From positions 23,064,001 to 23,128,000 of the forward strand of contig NC_043005.1 of assembly GCF_006345805.1 (NCBI RefSeq): a stretch of DNA of 64,000 nucleotides, given 5' to 3'. The stretch's first letter is position 1. Every line of letters starts with the position of its first letter. This document shows positions 23,563-36,716 of the stretch, piece after piece. The stretch comes from Octopus sinensis. Taxonomy: Eukaryota. The notes under the pieces are model-generated. The model did not search any database. It was not told the origin of the DNA and worked only from the letters and a program-made list of their open reading frames with translations. The position numbers and the translations under genes were made by a program.

Positions 23563-24759
23563 TATATATCATGGGCTACATTGTCCAGTGTATCTTTTAT
23601 TAAAGTGTGGAGGATGATTTGAAGATTTAGCTGCTATTTCTAGCAAGTCAAGTGCCCATATAGTGCCTATTTTGCTGGCTCATAGATGCATGAATTGCTT
23701 TTGTTTGGCCCTAGGTTAGCCATCTTGACTAAACATAGCTATTGTGAAAGGTGTTCATCCTTTCACTATCGTATCTCATTTCCTGACAGTATTTCAACAT
23801 CTGCAGTTATCTAAGTGTCCATTCTTTAAGAAGATAGGGTCTAGTTTTAGCGAGATAGGGCTGCTATTTCTATCTGCTCAAATGGCCAAATACAGGCACC
23901 CTTGTTTGAAGATATTACTGACATGGATAGTCAAGTCATATACTAATAAATATCTTTTACTGAAATGTATGTATACTTAAGTGCCAAGATCTAGTTGTGG
24001 AGGGTACCTGTGGAATATGTAGACTCAGGAAGATGTGGGACAAAGTGGTGAGAAAGGATCTTCAGATGCTGGCTTTACTCAGGAAATGACAAGGGACTGG
24101 GAGATGTGGCCATTTGCTGTACTTGATAAGACGTGTCAAGCTAAGTAAAATCACTCTTTCACACATACAGGCGTGTCCTTTCATGTGCTGGTGTCACTTA
24201 AAAAGCACACATGCCAGTGTTGTTTTAACGCACCTCTACCGGTGCTGTGTAAACACACCCATGTCAGTGGTACGAAAAAAGCACCCAGCACACTCTGTCA
24301 AGTGGTTGGTGTTAGGAAGGGCATCCAGCCATAGAAATCATGCCACAACAGACAGTTGGAGTCTGGACAGCTCCATGTCAAACTGTCCAACCCATGCCAG
24401 CATGGAAAGCGGATGTTAAACAATGATGATGATGACTTACGAATGTTAAAATTATTATTTATATTATATTTATTTATTGTTATTTATCATTTATTATATT
24501 GTATATCATATTTATTTAGTATACTATTTAATACTGTATTTCATTATTTATATTAAATTATTAATTATTATTTGAGAGCAAGTTAAAAAATAATAATGGA
24601 ACATTAACTGATGGGGTTACTATAAAAATTTATTATGAAGATCAAGTTAGAGACTTCAAATTTCCCCCATCAGCTTGTTTGACTGGTTGAAGAAGCTGAA
24701 AGTGAAACTTAAAGGCTCAGACAACTTGATCTTTTGTATGCTTTTTTATAAATATTGTT

Positions 24760-25036
24760 TAATGTAATGCATGTGGGCATGTATACATATATTTCTTTTA
24801 GTGAAAGGTGGTTACATGTACAAATATCTTTAATGAAATTTGTGTATATGCATGCACATAAATGTATTTTATTAAAATGCATGTGTGTATACAAGCAATT
24901 TTCTTTCACTAAAGTGTGTGTGCACATATAATTTTTCTTTTACTAAAATGCGTGTGTGTATATACATAAATTTTCTTTTTAAAATCTATGTGTGCATGTA
25001 TGCACACAAATTTATTTTACTGAAATGTGTGTGTGT
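24760..25036. repeat. Degenerate ~30-bp minisatellite
   Basis: Repeated aaatgtgtgtgtatacataaattttctttt-like units. Confidence 0.7.
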
Positions 25037-25189
25037 TTATGGTGAGGAAAAAAAATGTAAAGTTTAAAGTCAACACCATCATTCCTTTAGCATTTAATCT
25101 GACTCAAATATTCTGTTTTATGTTCAAATCAGCTAGATCTATTGTGTTACAACTTTCTGCATAGCCTTTATAACTTGATCTAACAGTTT

Positions 25190-26700
25190 GATTCTTCTAT
25201 AATTTTTTCTCTCTAATACATCCTGTTTGTCTTTGTAGCAATTTACAATGATATTCCTGTTATACATTGAGCATGACACCTTCCTGTATTACTTCATTAG
25301 CTACCTGGGTGGTTATCATGTATTTTTATTTAACATCTTTGCAATTATTACTAGTGGTCCAGCAGCTTTCTCTCCTCTTCATGTCCTTGATTGCTTTATG
25401 TACTGCAATGCTGTCAACTTGAATTGCTGGTACCTTTAAAGGGTCAGCATGCAGCAGCCCCACTTTATTCCATGCACTCTGTATTTGACAACCTCTTATA
25501 ATTGTGCTTCCATACCGCATTTTTGTCCATCACAGTGATGGCAAGAGTGTTTTCATCATTTCAAATCCACTTCCCTCATATGACATGTCAGTTCTCTTTA
25601 AGACACTGTCTTGCAAACTTGATCACTTCACGCCTCTGATCATCACATTGTAAGACATGTGCAAATCCCTTCCATTTTGCTTCAACCTTTGCCAAGTATC
25701 TCTCTCGCCTAGCTGCCCTTAGAGCTATTTGATAATGCTCCCTAAAACCAGCTTCCTTCCATGTTTTCCAGACTTGTTTCATAACCATTATTGCTCTATT
25801 AGCTATGTCATTTCATTTTCAGTTTTGCTGTGACTTTGCACCAGTCTCATTTTGATCTGTGACCAATAAATAGGTTATTTTGTAAGAATTTCCAGTTGTC
25901 ATCTGTGTTACAGTTATCTAATCTTTCTCCATATAGTCATATGTGTCAATTAAAACTTCTCTAAAACTTATGCTCAATTGTGGGTTCTATTAGCGTTCAT
26001 GTTTTCCTCCTCCATTTCATTTTTTGTCTGTGTGTCCATGAAGCTATGACTCTGAAGTCATTAGCCACTAAACTATGTTGGCTAGTGGATTCTTCACTAG
26101 GAAAGATTCTATATTTACAATGACCCATCTATTTTTTTTCCTGATAAGGATGAAATTTGACTTAAGTATTTGTCAGATTGGTAGGTGATGAGGTGTTTGG
26201 CTGGTTTCTTGAAGTGTGTGTTGCAAACTGTTAAATCACTTGTATACAGAATTCTGGCAATCTACAAACTCATTTCTTGTTCAATAACCCCAGCTTCCAT
26301 TTATGTCATAAAAGTCATTATGGTGTTGATCAGAATGTCTGTTGAAGTCACCAGCCATGATAAAAAGTTACTGTCAGTCATCATTGAGATAGTCCTTCTG
26401 TTCTGCCAATCCTGGCTGTGAGGCCGATGCATTGATGAGTGTTACTTGCTGAGTTGTTTATAACCAGACTCATCTTATCCTATCACACACTCTCACTACC
26501 TCAGTTACTTTATTCATTTCTTAGTTAATAATATGCCAATCTCACCCTGCCATCAATTTGTATTAATGTTTCTTGCCTACTAGGAATTTGGATGAGGATT
26601 CTGCCCCGGCATATCCACAATTGCACCAGACCTACCTATCATAATAGTTGTCGCCTTAAAGTTTTGGAACTGACAGGGGCAGGTTCTTGGGTGTTAAAGC
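25190..26700 (-). mobile_element. Decayed RTE LINE, 5'/endonuclease-to-linker region
   Basis: Remnants such as KQVWKTWKE...YQIA, AVHKAIKDMK..AAGP. Many stops. Confidence 0.6.
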
Positions 26701-27253
26701 TCTTCAGTTTGTTGATTGCTGTTTGACAACTTCTGTACTTGTATAGAATAAGAAAGCTTAGGCCGTGACTTGTGAGCGGTTGGATGATTCATACATATAC
26801 ACACACACCACACATGGAATTAACTCGGTATATATCTTGTATCTATTTTGATGATCCTAGTCGCATGAAATGAAAAGTCAACTCTGGTGAGATTTGAACT
26901 CAGTGGTAAAGTGTTACAACCAGATATTGCATGATGTTTAAATTGACTTATTGCTAATTTTATCACTTCACTGCTTTCCTACTAAACTGTTGGCCATGTT
27001 GTAGACTGCAACAATGACTCTTTCAAAAGCCATTCCCTATGATCTACAGTACAGATTGTTTTAGGCTTTTTATTTATATTTTTAATGTTTTTTTTTTATT
27101 TTCTATATTTTATAATATATTTCTATTTCTAATTTTGCTTTACACATTTTTCCTTATATTTTTGATGTTTCTTTATATTTCTCCAGGTTATGATGAAAAC
27201 AGACAATAAATTGTGAAGAATTTGTAAAGTTTTAACAAAGCATTCGGTACATA

Positions 27254-27574
27254 ATGGGTACCAAAATACTTGATCAGATATTGACAATGATGCTTCATGG
27301 CTCACCAGAAGAAAAACATTTCATTTATAATGATTCTGACATTATTTTAGAATGTAAACTTTGCCGTAACTTATTCCGTGCCCTTACTGGTTTTATCTTA
27401 CATCGGAAGAGTCTGTGCATGAAACCACTTGAAAAGTCAGTTAGTATCAATTCCTATGACCAAAATATGAGAACAGAAACCTTCAGAAATGTTACATTTA
27501 TCACAAATTCTTCATCCTGTGAAGAGGACTCAGCACAAACCCCATCACAACAACCAAAAAGTACACCATCCAGC

Positions 27575-27614
<40 letters not shown>

Positions 27615-27889
27615 TTAATAATAATAGTAATGATAATGATAATAACCAGCAGCAACAGCAGCAGCAACAGCAGAATTTATCTGCTGCAGACCATTTTCAG
27701 TATCTTCAGAATTACGTTAGTCAGATTAATGAATCAATAGAAAGCAAGAGTAACTTGAAAGCCGTATTAAACCTTACTCAGGAAGGTATTGGGAATTCTT
27801 CGGACATTACACAAAAATCAGCTGAAGAACCTAAAACAGACTCTAACTCTACAGAGAGAATCGTGCTAACAGAAGCATCTAGTCCACAG
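27254..27889 (+). CDS. ZNF800-like zinc-finger protein, first coding exon
   Basis: Exon acceptor tttctccag| ends at 27186; ATG at 27254; phase-0 donor CAG|GTTTGT at 27889. HFIYNDSDIILECKLCRNLFRALTGFILHRKSLC resembles the ZNF800 N-terminal C2HC finger ([29 protein letters not shown], recalled). PolyN and polyQ tracts follow. Confidence 0.85.
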
Positions 27890-28534
27890 GTTTGTAGTGT
27901 TCTTTTATTGTGTGTGTATGTGTGCATTTGTTATTGTTGTTTGGTGCCAAGCTAACCCTGATTCAGCAGGCCATGGCTCTCACCTTTTGTTCAGATACAC
28001 TGTTTTATTATGACTTCATCAGTGGTTCTTAGCTTGGGCAGTAATGATCCCTGGGAAGCATTATGAGCTCACAAGGGGTGCTCTGGGTGTTTAGAAAGGT
28101 TGTGATGTTTCTGAGAAATAAAATATTTAAACTGGGTATAACATATCTTATCCTTTTAGCATTTAAACTGGCCAGATCCAGCTTCTTGACCTATCCTACA
28201 ATGTCATTTTAAAAATTAACAATCACATCATCAAAATCTGAAAGCTTTAAGATTAATTCAAAACAATGTAAATAAATAAGCATTAGTTTTGAGAGAATTA
28301 TGTGAATGCAAAAGGGTTAAACACATTAAAAAAAAAAACTTTATCAGGATTTGAATATGTGTCATACATTCATTTATCAATGAGAAGAAACATGACTGAT
28401 GAATGTAATTTTATCATATAAGTCGTTACTTTCTTTAATAATTTTATAAAATTTTAACATAGAGAACACCAGACCATACAGATATCTAAAAGAAGAAAAA
28501 AGAACATGTTGGATGACATAGCTTGAGAAAATGT

Positions 28535-29530
28535 GCACAATTAGAGCTCAACACTTCTTTATGCAGCTGTCCTCATCCATGACCAAACCAACACAGTCTG
28601 ATGCCTCTTATACCCAGTTTTCCTCTTAGATCATTTACACTCTGTCATGCGTGCACACTGACATTACTCATCCAGTGGAGCATGCTAGCTTCATTTCTTT
28701 CAAGCCTTTGCAATTCCTCTGTAGTCAGAGCCCATATTTCACTGCCATGTAACGTAAACTGTACATACACTGGTATCATACAATCTGCCTTTCCCTCTGA
28801 GGGAGAGACCCTTAGCTACCTACAAGGGTAGAAGTATTCTTTGCCCAGCCTGTTTTTATTTTAGAAACGACACTTTCAGAATTTCTTCCACCACTGCTAA
28901 CTTAGTCTCCTTGGTAATGGAAGCTATCTACTATTTCTAATGATCCTCCTGAGCATTTGAGGAAGTCTATTGTCTGCGCATTTTTAGTGCTTCTTCTACC
29001 TGCACATTTGCCACACACATAGACTATGTTTTCTGTTAACCTTACTGTGATACTGCTTCATCTCTTATCTGTCCAAAGCTTGCACTGGGTACAACGTATG
29101 GTGTTTCTACCAACACCCTTCTTACATACTGAGCAGGACCATCTCCCAGAGAGACTTTTGATTTGTCCGTTTTCCTACTTACTAGAACTTTGGTTTTTGC
29201 TAAATTAACTCCAAAGCCCTTAGATTCCAAGCCTTGCTTCCACACCTGAAATTTCTTCTTTAGGTCAGGTAGTTATTCAGCTATAAGAACAAGGTCATCA
29301 GTGCAGAGGAGCTCCCAGGGACAGCTGGTCTTGAATTTCTCTGTTAAGGACTGGAGGACTAAGGTAAACAAGAGCAGGGTGAGAACTAAGCCTTGGTGGA
29401 TTCTTACCTGTACACTGAATTCATTGCTATAGTTGTTACCAACCTTCATCTTACTGGCAGCATCCCTATACATAACTTGTACAGCTTTAACTTACCACTC
29501 GTCTATTCCTGGCTTCTGCATTGACCACTA
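28535..29530 (-). mobile_element. Decayed RTE LINE RT fragment in the ZNF800-like intron
   Basis: HQGLVLTLLLF, CPWELLCTDDLVLIAE and WKQGLESKG..VNLAKTKV motifs. Confidence 0.8.
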
Positions 29531-32055
29531 TTTCTGATGTAAGCAAGATTAGTGTTAGATTTGGCTAAATACTGGAACTTTGTGAAATACACCAAATATC
29601 AAGCATGTTTATTATCTTCTCATCATTTTATGTCTTATTTCTGTGCCGCATGGGTTGAATGGGTCTTCAAAGTCTGAGTTAGTTGTTATTCAGTGTGACT
29701 GCTCTCCTAGAGGGGTTAGAGATCACTTCTCACTTGTACATTTTTGGTATGGTTTCTATAACTAGATGCCTTACCTATCACCAATCATTTTACAAAGTCT
29801 ATAGACTATATTTTATTGTTCCATTAACACTAGAGAAGATTCTTGACCTGATGTTCTCAATTTACTGAGTGTACTGATATGATCCAACAATAAAACTTCT
29901 TTGTGGTTACTCGATCTGCTAGAAACAGCAGCCAAATCTAACTCAAATCACATCATATCTTAGATAAGGAAGGACATGTTGGATCATCATTGGCATGGCC
30001 CAGTGTCATGAATCTGATTCTATTGAATTCATGGTTGTATATGCCTTTTTTTTTACTTCAAAGGATGCTGACAATGAGATCATGAGAATCAGAGTGCAGC
30101 TGGGTCTGTTTCTTCTCCACTGATCTTTTCCTTCCTTCTGATTCCATTCCCAGTTATTTTCAAAGATATTGCACCCAACATAGCGTTTTTGCTTCCACAG
30201 TGGACAGTGTTATATGCATCAACAATTGATGGAGAAACAAAGTTTTGAATATTTATTTAGTTTACCATTATATTAGCACCTTGAAGTTCCTATTGGATAC
30301 TTTCCTTGTACATAAGCATCTTTGATAACGAGTGACATACATTAACTGATAATGTAACAGCTCAGCTTCAATGCTTTTGAGTCTGGTTTGATAAGGAATT
30401 TCAGTGTTCATGACATTCTAATGTATGCAGAAGATGGTTTGCAGTGTTGTCTGATGGAAGCAATCCAACATTTTTTACATCCTTTCTTTAAAGCTTACAA
30501 GCTTCACTTTAGAAGTACCACTTTGTAAATCATCGAGTTAGGGCAGGTTTTGCTTCTGTTGCAGCAGAAACTCTTTTATACAGTTTCCCAAAGGTAGCAG
30601 GCACAAGACAAATACAGTTTATACTTTCATCAGATTCACTGTTTTTTTATGAATTGCTGTATGTAATCCTTTGGTCTGCTAATCTTTATTCTCTGTAATT
30701 TGAGATAGCTCCCCGCTTTCATATCTTCTCCTCTCCTCTCTCTTCTTTCCCTTCTCTCCCTTCCTTCTCTTCTAGCCATTTATCTCCTTTGCTGCAAGAC
30801 ACCTGTTTCTGTCCCTCTTTTCATACTATAACCTCACATCACCTGGCACAAAACCACAAAACCGTTAATTTTTTTCTGTTTCTAATAGCGAGCTGATTTT
30901 TTTTTTGTTTTCTTTGCTGTATGATGTATTATCCTTTTAAAACACAATCCATCTGATACTGCTTCTATATATTAATACACAAAACTTCAAAACTTCAAAA
31001 CTTTCTAAACGGTATTTTAACTTTCCTATGTTCAAAATAGCTTAGTTTTAGTGAAAGGTTAGTTATATGAAATCCCTACAAATTCTTTGTTATTTTAAAA
31101 ACTAATTGAAGCAACACATAGCATATTTTGTTAGGGAATTCATCATGAAAGGGTTAAGTAATTATTTTCACTTTCTGCCATTCTTTATTTGATAAGTTAG
31201 GAAACCTGCTAAAAATACAGCAGTGCAACTGGGTTCAGTATTTAGGAAATATTGACTTAATGCCATGAATATGACACCTGAATATTCAGTGAATGTGTGA
31301 TGTAGTTTATGAAGTCCCTTCAAGTGTCCCAACATAGTCTTATGCACCTGTGTTTGTCTCTAGTTTCATTGCATTAAACAAATGAGAGAGAAATCTCCCT
31401 GAAAAGACTGTCATGACTAACATTCCCAGATCTATGTGGACTGAAGTAATACAGAATTAAATGTCTTTTGAAGCAACAAGATGCCTGCCAGGCGTTCAAC
31501 TCAAGCCCTCTAAGCTTGCTGTTCAATGCCACTGTTGACTGTCAATCCATATTTACCATATTTGATTTGTCATACGTGTATCACCATAATTCTGTAATTA
31601 TCACATGTATATATGACACTGGTGTTCTGGAATTATGGCTGTATGTCACTAGTTTCTGTAATGATGACTTGTTTATGACAATTTTGTGTTAGCATATCAT
31701 TATTTTCAGAACTTATGACATGTTGTATGTCACTATATTTTTTTACTTACACGTTGTATGTCCTGCATCTATTGCATACCACGTCTTCTTATAGTCCACT
31801 ATATATTTACATGTTGCACGTCACCATTCTTTGTTACTTACAACATATATATCACTGTAATTTTATGTTTTAATATGTAAACCACTACAGTTTTATAATT
31901 ATGAATTGTATGCTATTATCACTTTATTCTTACAATATGTGTGCAATTATTATTTTATATTTATGTATGCAACTATAATGTTTTTGATTATGATATATGG
32001 CTTATTATTGAACATGTTTGAATTTATTCTAATTAAGAATTACTGTTTGTTCCAG

Positions 32056-33183
32056 GTTTCTACTGCTGTTTCCAGTTTAAAGGATTCTGCCCCCAAATCT
32101 ACTGACCCTCCATCACATTGTTGTGCTATTGGTAAACCCTGCAATGTACAACAAACCAATTGCTTTACTGCTACCTCTGAAACAGAAGGGGAACTGTGTG
32201 ATTCCAGAAATAGCAGCCCTTGTTCAATGCCACAGCTAAAATTACCATGTACCAAAGCAGGTTGTGTGGAGAACAATGACAACAATAAAAGCAATGATGA
32301 AAGTGAGTCTTTAGAAACCAGCAACAATGTTTGCACAGCACCTCATAATGAAAAAGTCTCAAAACGTTCAACAAAACCTCTAATAGTACAAAGCAATACT
32401 CATGCAAGTTCAAGTTGTGTAGTAAACAAAGAAGGTGAAGCTATAGAAGCATCAGAGAAACTGAGTTCGAAATCTTCACACATTGAAATAATTCTGAATG
32501 ATAATCCTTCGATGAAAGATGTTATTGAAATTAATGAAGTGCATAATTTAGAAGAGAGAGTGTCTCAGTCTTTGTCCTTGGATAATTTATGTTGTGTCCC
32601 TCTAGACCAAAGTGGCCCTGTGGACCAGTGTTGTGCTGCTAATCAGAAGAAACAAGCACCCCAACATTATATTTGTCCACACTGTCCTAATACTCTCATC
32701 TATGACTCATACCCACTTTTCTGCCAGCATCTTGAGTCAGTACACGGAATACATGCTGATCCCATTGACAATTTAGGCCAGACGTTTGAGTTGAATAATC
32801 AAAGTTCCATGTCATATATACCTGAGCGTGCTAATCAGAAATATTCTGAGTGTATTGTCCTAGAATTAGCTGATTATCAGAATCTCCAGTGTCGGAAATG
32901 CAAACACAGCTTTACTCAGCGCTGTTCACTTCGGAGACACATTTTGGAAATCCATGGTGAAAAATTGGGTTATTATTCATGTCCCTTCTGCGTTAGCAAA
33001 GTCTGGTTTCGCTATTTTCGAACGTTTTTAGCTCATTTAAAAAACCTACACGGCTTCCAAAAGGACCAAATATATCGCATCCATCGCAATTTGCAGAAAA
33101 ACAGTTGGGTAGAATTTGGTAGTGATCAGCTGCCTCCTGATGGAAATAACACAACTTCGCAGCTCTGTAATCGTGTTTCATAG
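32056..33183 (+). CDS. ZNF800-like zinc-finger protein, terminal coding exon with three C2H2 fingers
   Basis: Acceptor tgtttgttccag|GTT in phase 0; open to TAG at 33181-33183. Fingers: CPHC..HLESVH, CRKC..HILEIH, CPFC..HLKNLH. The joined CDS is 1764 nt (587 aa + stop). ATTAAA at 33606 is a possible polyA signal. Confidence 0.88.
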   Translation, partial: VSTAVSSLKDSAPKSTDPPSHCCAIGKPCNVQQTNCFTATSETEGELCDSRNSSPCSMPQLKLPCTKAGCVENNDNNKSNDESESLETSNNVCTAPHNEKVSKRSTKPLIVQSNTHASSSCVVNKEGEAIEASEKLSSKSSHIEIILNDNPSMKDVIEINEVHNLEERVSQSLSLDNLCCVPLDQSGPVDQCCAANQKKQAPQHYICPHCPNTLIYDSYPLFCQHLESVHGIHADPIDNLGQTFELNNQSSMSYIPERANQKYSECIVLELADYQNLQCRKCKHSFTQRCSLRRHILEIHGEKLGYYSCPFCVSKVWFRYFRTFLAHLKNLHGFQKDQIYRIHRNLQKNSWVEFGSDQLPPDGNNTTSQLCNRVS

Positions 33184-35519
33184 TTTTTACAACATGCATT
33201 TTCATTTCATTCACTACAGTCTGTATTATGCTACACATTTCATCCTATATGATGTATGCATTATGTGCTACTATGCTATGCTACAAATTAGACATAACAC
33301 TATGCACAGCACTACACACTGTGTGGTATACTAAACACATCAGAATTTACAATACCCTGCATCATTTCTGCAAAATGATCACACTACATTACAGCATTCA
33401 TTGTACAGTAAGCACTAAATTACATTACACATCATACAACAAAGTACCTAGTACATTATACATCACATTACATATAATGCACTTCAATGGTCACCACAGA
33501 ATATCATACACTGTACGCTGTGCTAGACATTATACTACATACTCCCCATCAAACGACATTTCAATGACAGTTAGAGATACTTTGTAATTTTTGTTGCATT
33601 TTTATATTAAATTCTTTCCATTTTCCTTTCTGTTAACTTTGCTCTATAAGTTATAAGCCCATATACATTTGCATAAGTTGGTTACAAGTTTTGGGTACAA
33701 AACTACCTAAGTGATAATTGATTCCTGATTGATTAACAAAGTAACTGAATCCAATCCAATAAGATAACAGCTGATCAATGTATATTTTATTTTTTAATTT
33801 ATCTTTTCTCATATTGTTTTAAATTAATTCATATGGTCATAAGTTTGAATATTGCTAATAACCATAATGTTGTGTCTATGAGCAAAGTTTATAACTAACC
33901 TCTATAATTCTGCTTGCTACATTTTGTCTGGCCGAGTAAGGAGTTCCTCTTGTTACTTCACAGTTGAATTAGCAATTGAAAGGGACAGTATCCAGCTGTA
34001 AATGCAATAACTGCACCAAAAACCTACCCTTGCTACAAAGAAAATCATCATTATTTTACATCTGCTTTCCATGCTGAGATAGTTAGGACATTATATCATG
34101 TGTGTGGTGCACTTCTAGGTATATTTAATAAAATGAGAGATACAAGCATGTATGGATGTAGAGTTGACTTTGTTCTATCTCAGCGTGGGCCATCCAATGC
34201 CTTGTGAGTGAAATTGGCAAATGGAAGCTGTATGGAATCCGGTCTTCTGTGTGTGTGTGTATGATTCATTCTGTTTCTGCATATGAAAAATGTTGCACAA
34301 AAAAAGTAATGATGTTTGTGGATATTCCCTGCTAACAACTCCCCTCATGGCTCCACTCTTTTGAAGATGATTAGAATAAATCCATTGTTTGAAAGACTGA
34401 TAAAGATTAGTGACAAGAAGTACTTCTGGCTGCAAAACATTGCCTAAATGTGTATTTGTCCCACCCATACTAGCATGAGAAAAAAATGTGAAATGAATGA
34501 ACAAAAATATTATTTTCCAACTAGCTGGTTTCATAGTTAGTCCCCTGGGTTGTTCACTGCAGTGAATTTGATAGACAAAAACTGAAAGAAGCTTGTGTGC
34601 ATGTGGGTTTCTTTACATGTGTAATCACTCAGCTTTTGGCAGTGAAGTTACTGTCATTTCCCCTGTCACTGTATCATCCACTTATTTTGCATCTTTGAAG
34701 ACATGTGGAAGAAGACATCCTTTGCTATACTCCTTGCTTGAAAAACAGGTAAAGGCGAGCAACAGGAAGGGCATCTGGTTGCAAAACATGCATTTATAAT
34801 ATATTCATCTACTTCATTCAAGCATTGAAAAATGGACATAAAAGTGAAGACGCTGCAGCTATTTGTGCTGTACTTGCAAACAAGGAACATAACTCTACAT
34901 GCTCCAGAACAAAAGACCAAATAAACATAACACACTCAACTTCTTGAAGTATTGAGTAGTTTATTTTATATCTATAACCCTTGTTTTTATGAACAAACAC
35001 AGAGGTTGTGTAATGTCCACTTTCCATGCTTGCATGGGTTAGACAGCTTGACTGGAACTGGTAAGCTGGGAAGCTGCAACAGGTTCCTGTCTGAATTTGA
35101 CTTGGTTTCTACTGCTGGATGCCCTTCCTAACGCCAACCATTCTGAGAGTGTAGTGGGTGCCTTATACATGTGATTGGCACTGGCCACAACTATGATTTC
35201 ACTTGGCTTGACAAGTCTTCTCAAGCACAGCAAATTGCCAAAAGTCACAATCACTCATATTTATAGTGAAATGCATTACCTTTATTTCAATAAATTTTGA
35301 AAACAAATGAAGTATGTAGTGAAATACCTTTGTCATTATGAAGGTGGTACTTGGAACATAATATAAAATTTTAGAAGAAGGTTTTAATTAATATTACTTT
35401 AAAACACAATGTTTGTATCATAAGGCCAATCTCCGGTGAGTTGGTATTAAAGTGGATATATACAAGGGTGAGTTAGAAAGTGATGCAAATAAAAAATTAC
35501 ATTACTTTCTAACTCTTCC

Positions 35520-36480
35520 TCGTAATGGATATATATATGTGTTTTAGTTTTTGTTTAGCCTTGCTCAAGCACCACCTGCACAGTTTTATTGCTTTGTGTC
35601 TTTTGTGTTGTCTCTGTGTATGTCAGATGTCCAGTATTTCTGCTGAGTGTTTGTTTGGCTTTTTTTCAGTATACGAGCATCTCTAGTTGGTGGCTCAATG
35701 AATTATTTATTGGATGCTAGCTTGCTTTGATTGTAGCCTTTGCAGATGACTGATCTAATATGTTAAAGAGAAATGTATAGATTTACTTTTTTAAATGTCT
35801 CAAGGAAATTTAGGTGAAATTTGAAAAAAATTTTGGAAGGAGGTTTTATTAATTACAGGCTTCTAAAGAGAGGGTTTGAAGAAGAGAGTTGAGCTCTGGA
35901 AATACCTCTAATTCCTCTTGTTTTTGTCTTGTATGCTGAAGTTTGGAAGAAGATTTTTGAGAATCTTCCACCTATATATATATATATATGTATGTGTGTG
36001 TATGTATATATATATATATATATATAATAAATGTGTGTATGTGATTATATATATGTGTGTGGATGGATGTATATATATATATATATGTGGATGTGTGTGT
36101 ATAATGGCTTATTCTGCTCAACATTCAAGATGTAGAGACATAAGCTGGTGAGATGTTCTCAGTTAAAGCTTTTCTTTTTTTAGAATGCTCTGATTGAGTA
36201 TTTCAGGGGCCTAGAAAAGTTAGCCTTACAGGATTTTAGGAATATCACTCCAAGTCTGAATCCAGATAGTTTATTTTTGATTTGGTTATATTATGTTTTA
36301 TTAAATCTATTTGTGTTAGGTTGCTATGAAAGGTTGTCTGCTAAAATATATCATGGTCTTCAAGATGTTGCTCTTTCCTTGGTTAGAAAAGAGACTTTTG
36401 TATTGCTCTTTGAGGAGGCTGCAAATTTGTGAAGGTTTGTCCATATATCAGCCATCTTGATATTAACACAGAACAATTTT
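35520..36480 (-). mobile_element. Probable Penelope-like element ORF relic, interrupted by a microsatellite
   Basis: Minus-strand remnants FFKPSL (WFNPPF-like), PKFP and a Cys-containing segment resemble the RT-to-GIY-YIG linker of Penelope-like elements. Heavily decayed. Confidence 0.35.
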
Positions 36481-36495
36481 TGATTTCAAGATTAA

Positions 36496-36716
36496 CCCTT
36501 TAGCATTTAAACTGGCCATATCCGGCCAAAAGTATTCTGCCTGTTTTATGTTCAAACAGGCCAGATCTGGTCTCTCACACCAACCTTACAATATCGTTTT
36601 AAAAATTAACAGCTACCTCATCGAAATCTCATAGCTACAAGATAATGCATGATTAGTTCAAAACAATATAGATAAAGAAGCATTAATTTTGGCAGAATAA
36701 TGTGAACGCTAAAGGG
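36496..36716. mobile_element. TTAA-flanked MITE (piggyBac-like ends)
   Basis: TTAA|CCCTTTAGC...GCTAAAGGG|TTAA: TIR plus TSD. Degenerate copies near 28150-28320, 47140-47290 and 25085. Confidence 0.8.

Noticed and set aside
31906-32055. Hydrophobic N-terminal extension of the 425-aa ORF
   Set aside because: It is intronic AT-rich repeat upstream of a clear acceptor at 32055 and starts at TTG; not a transmembrane domain.
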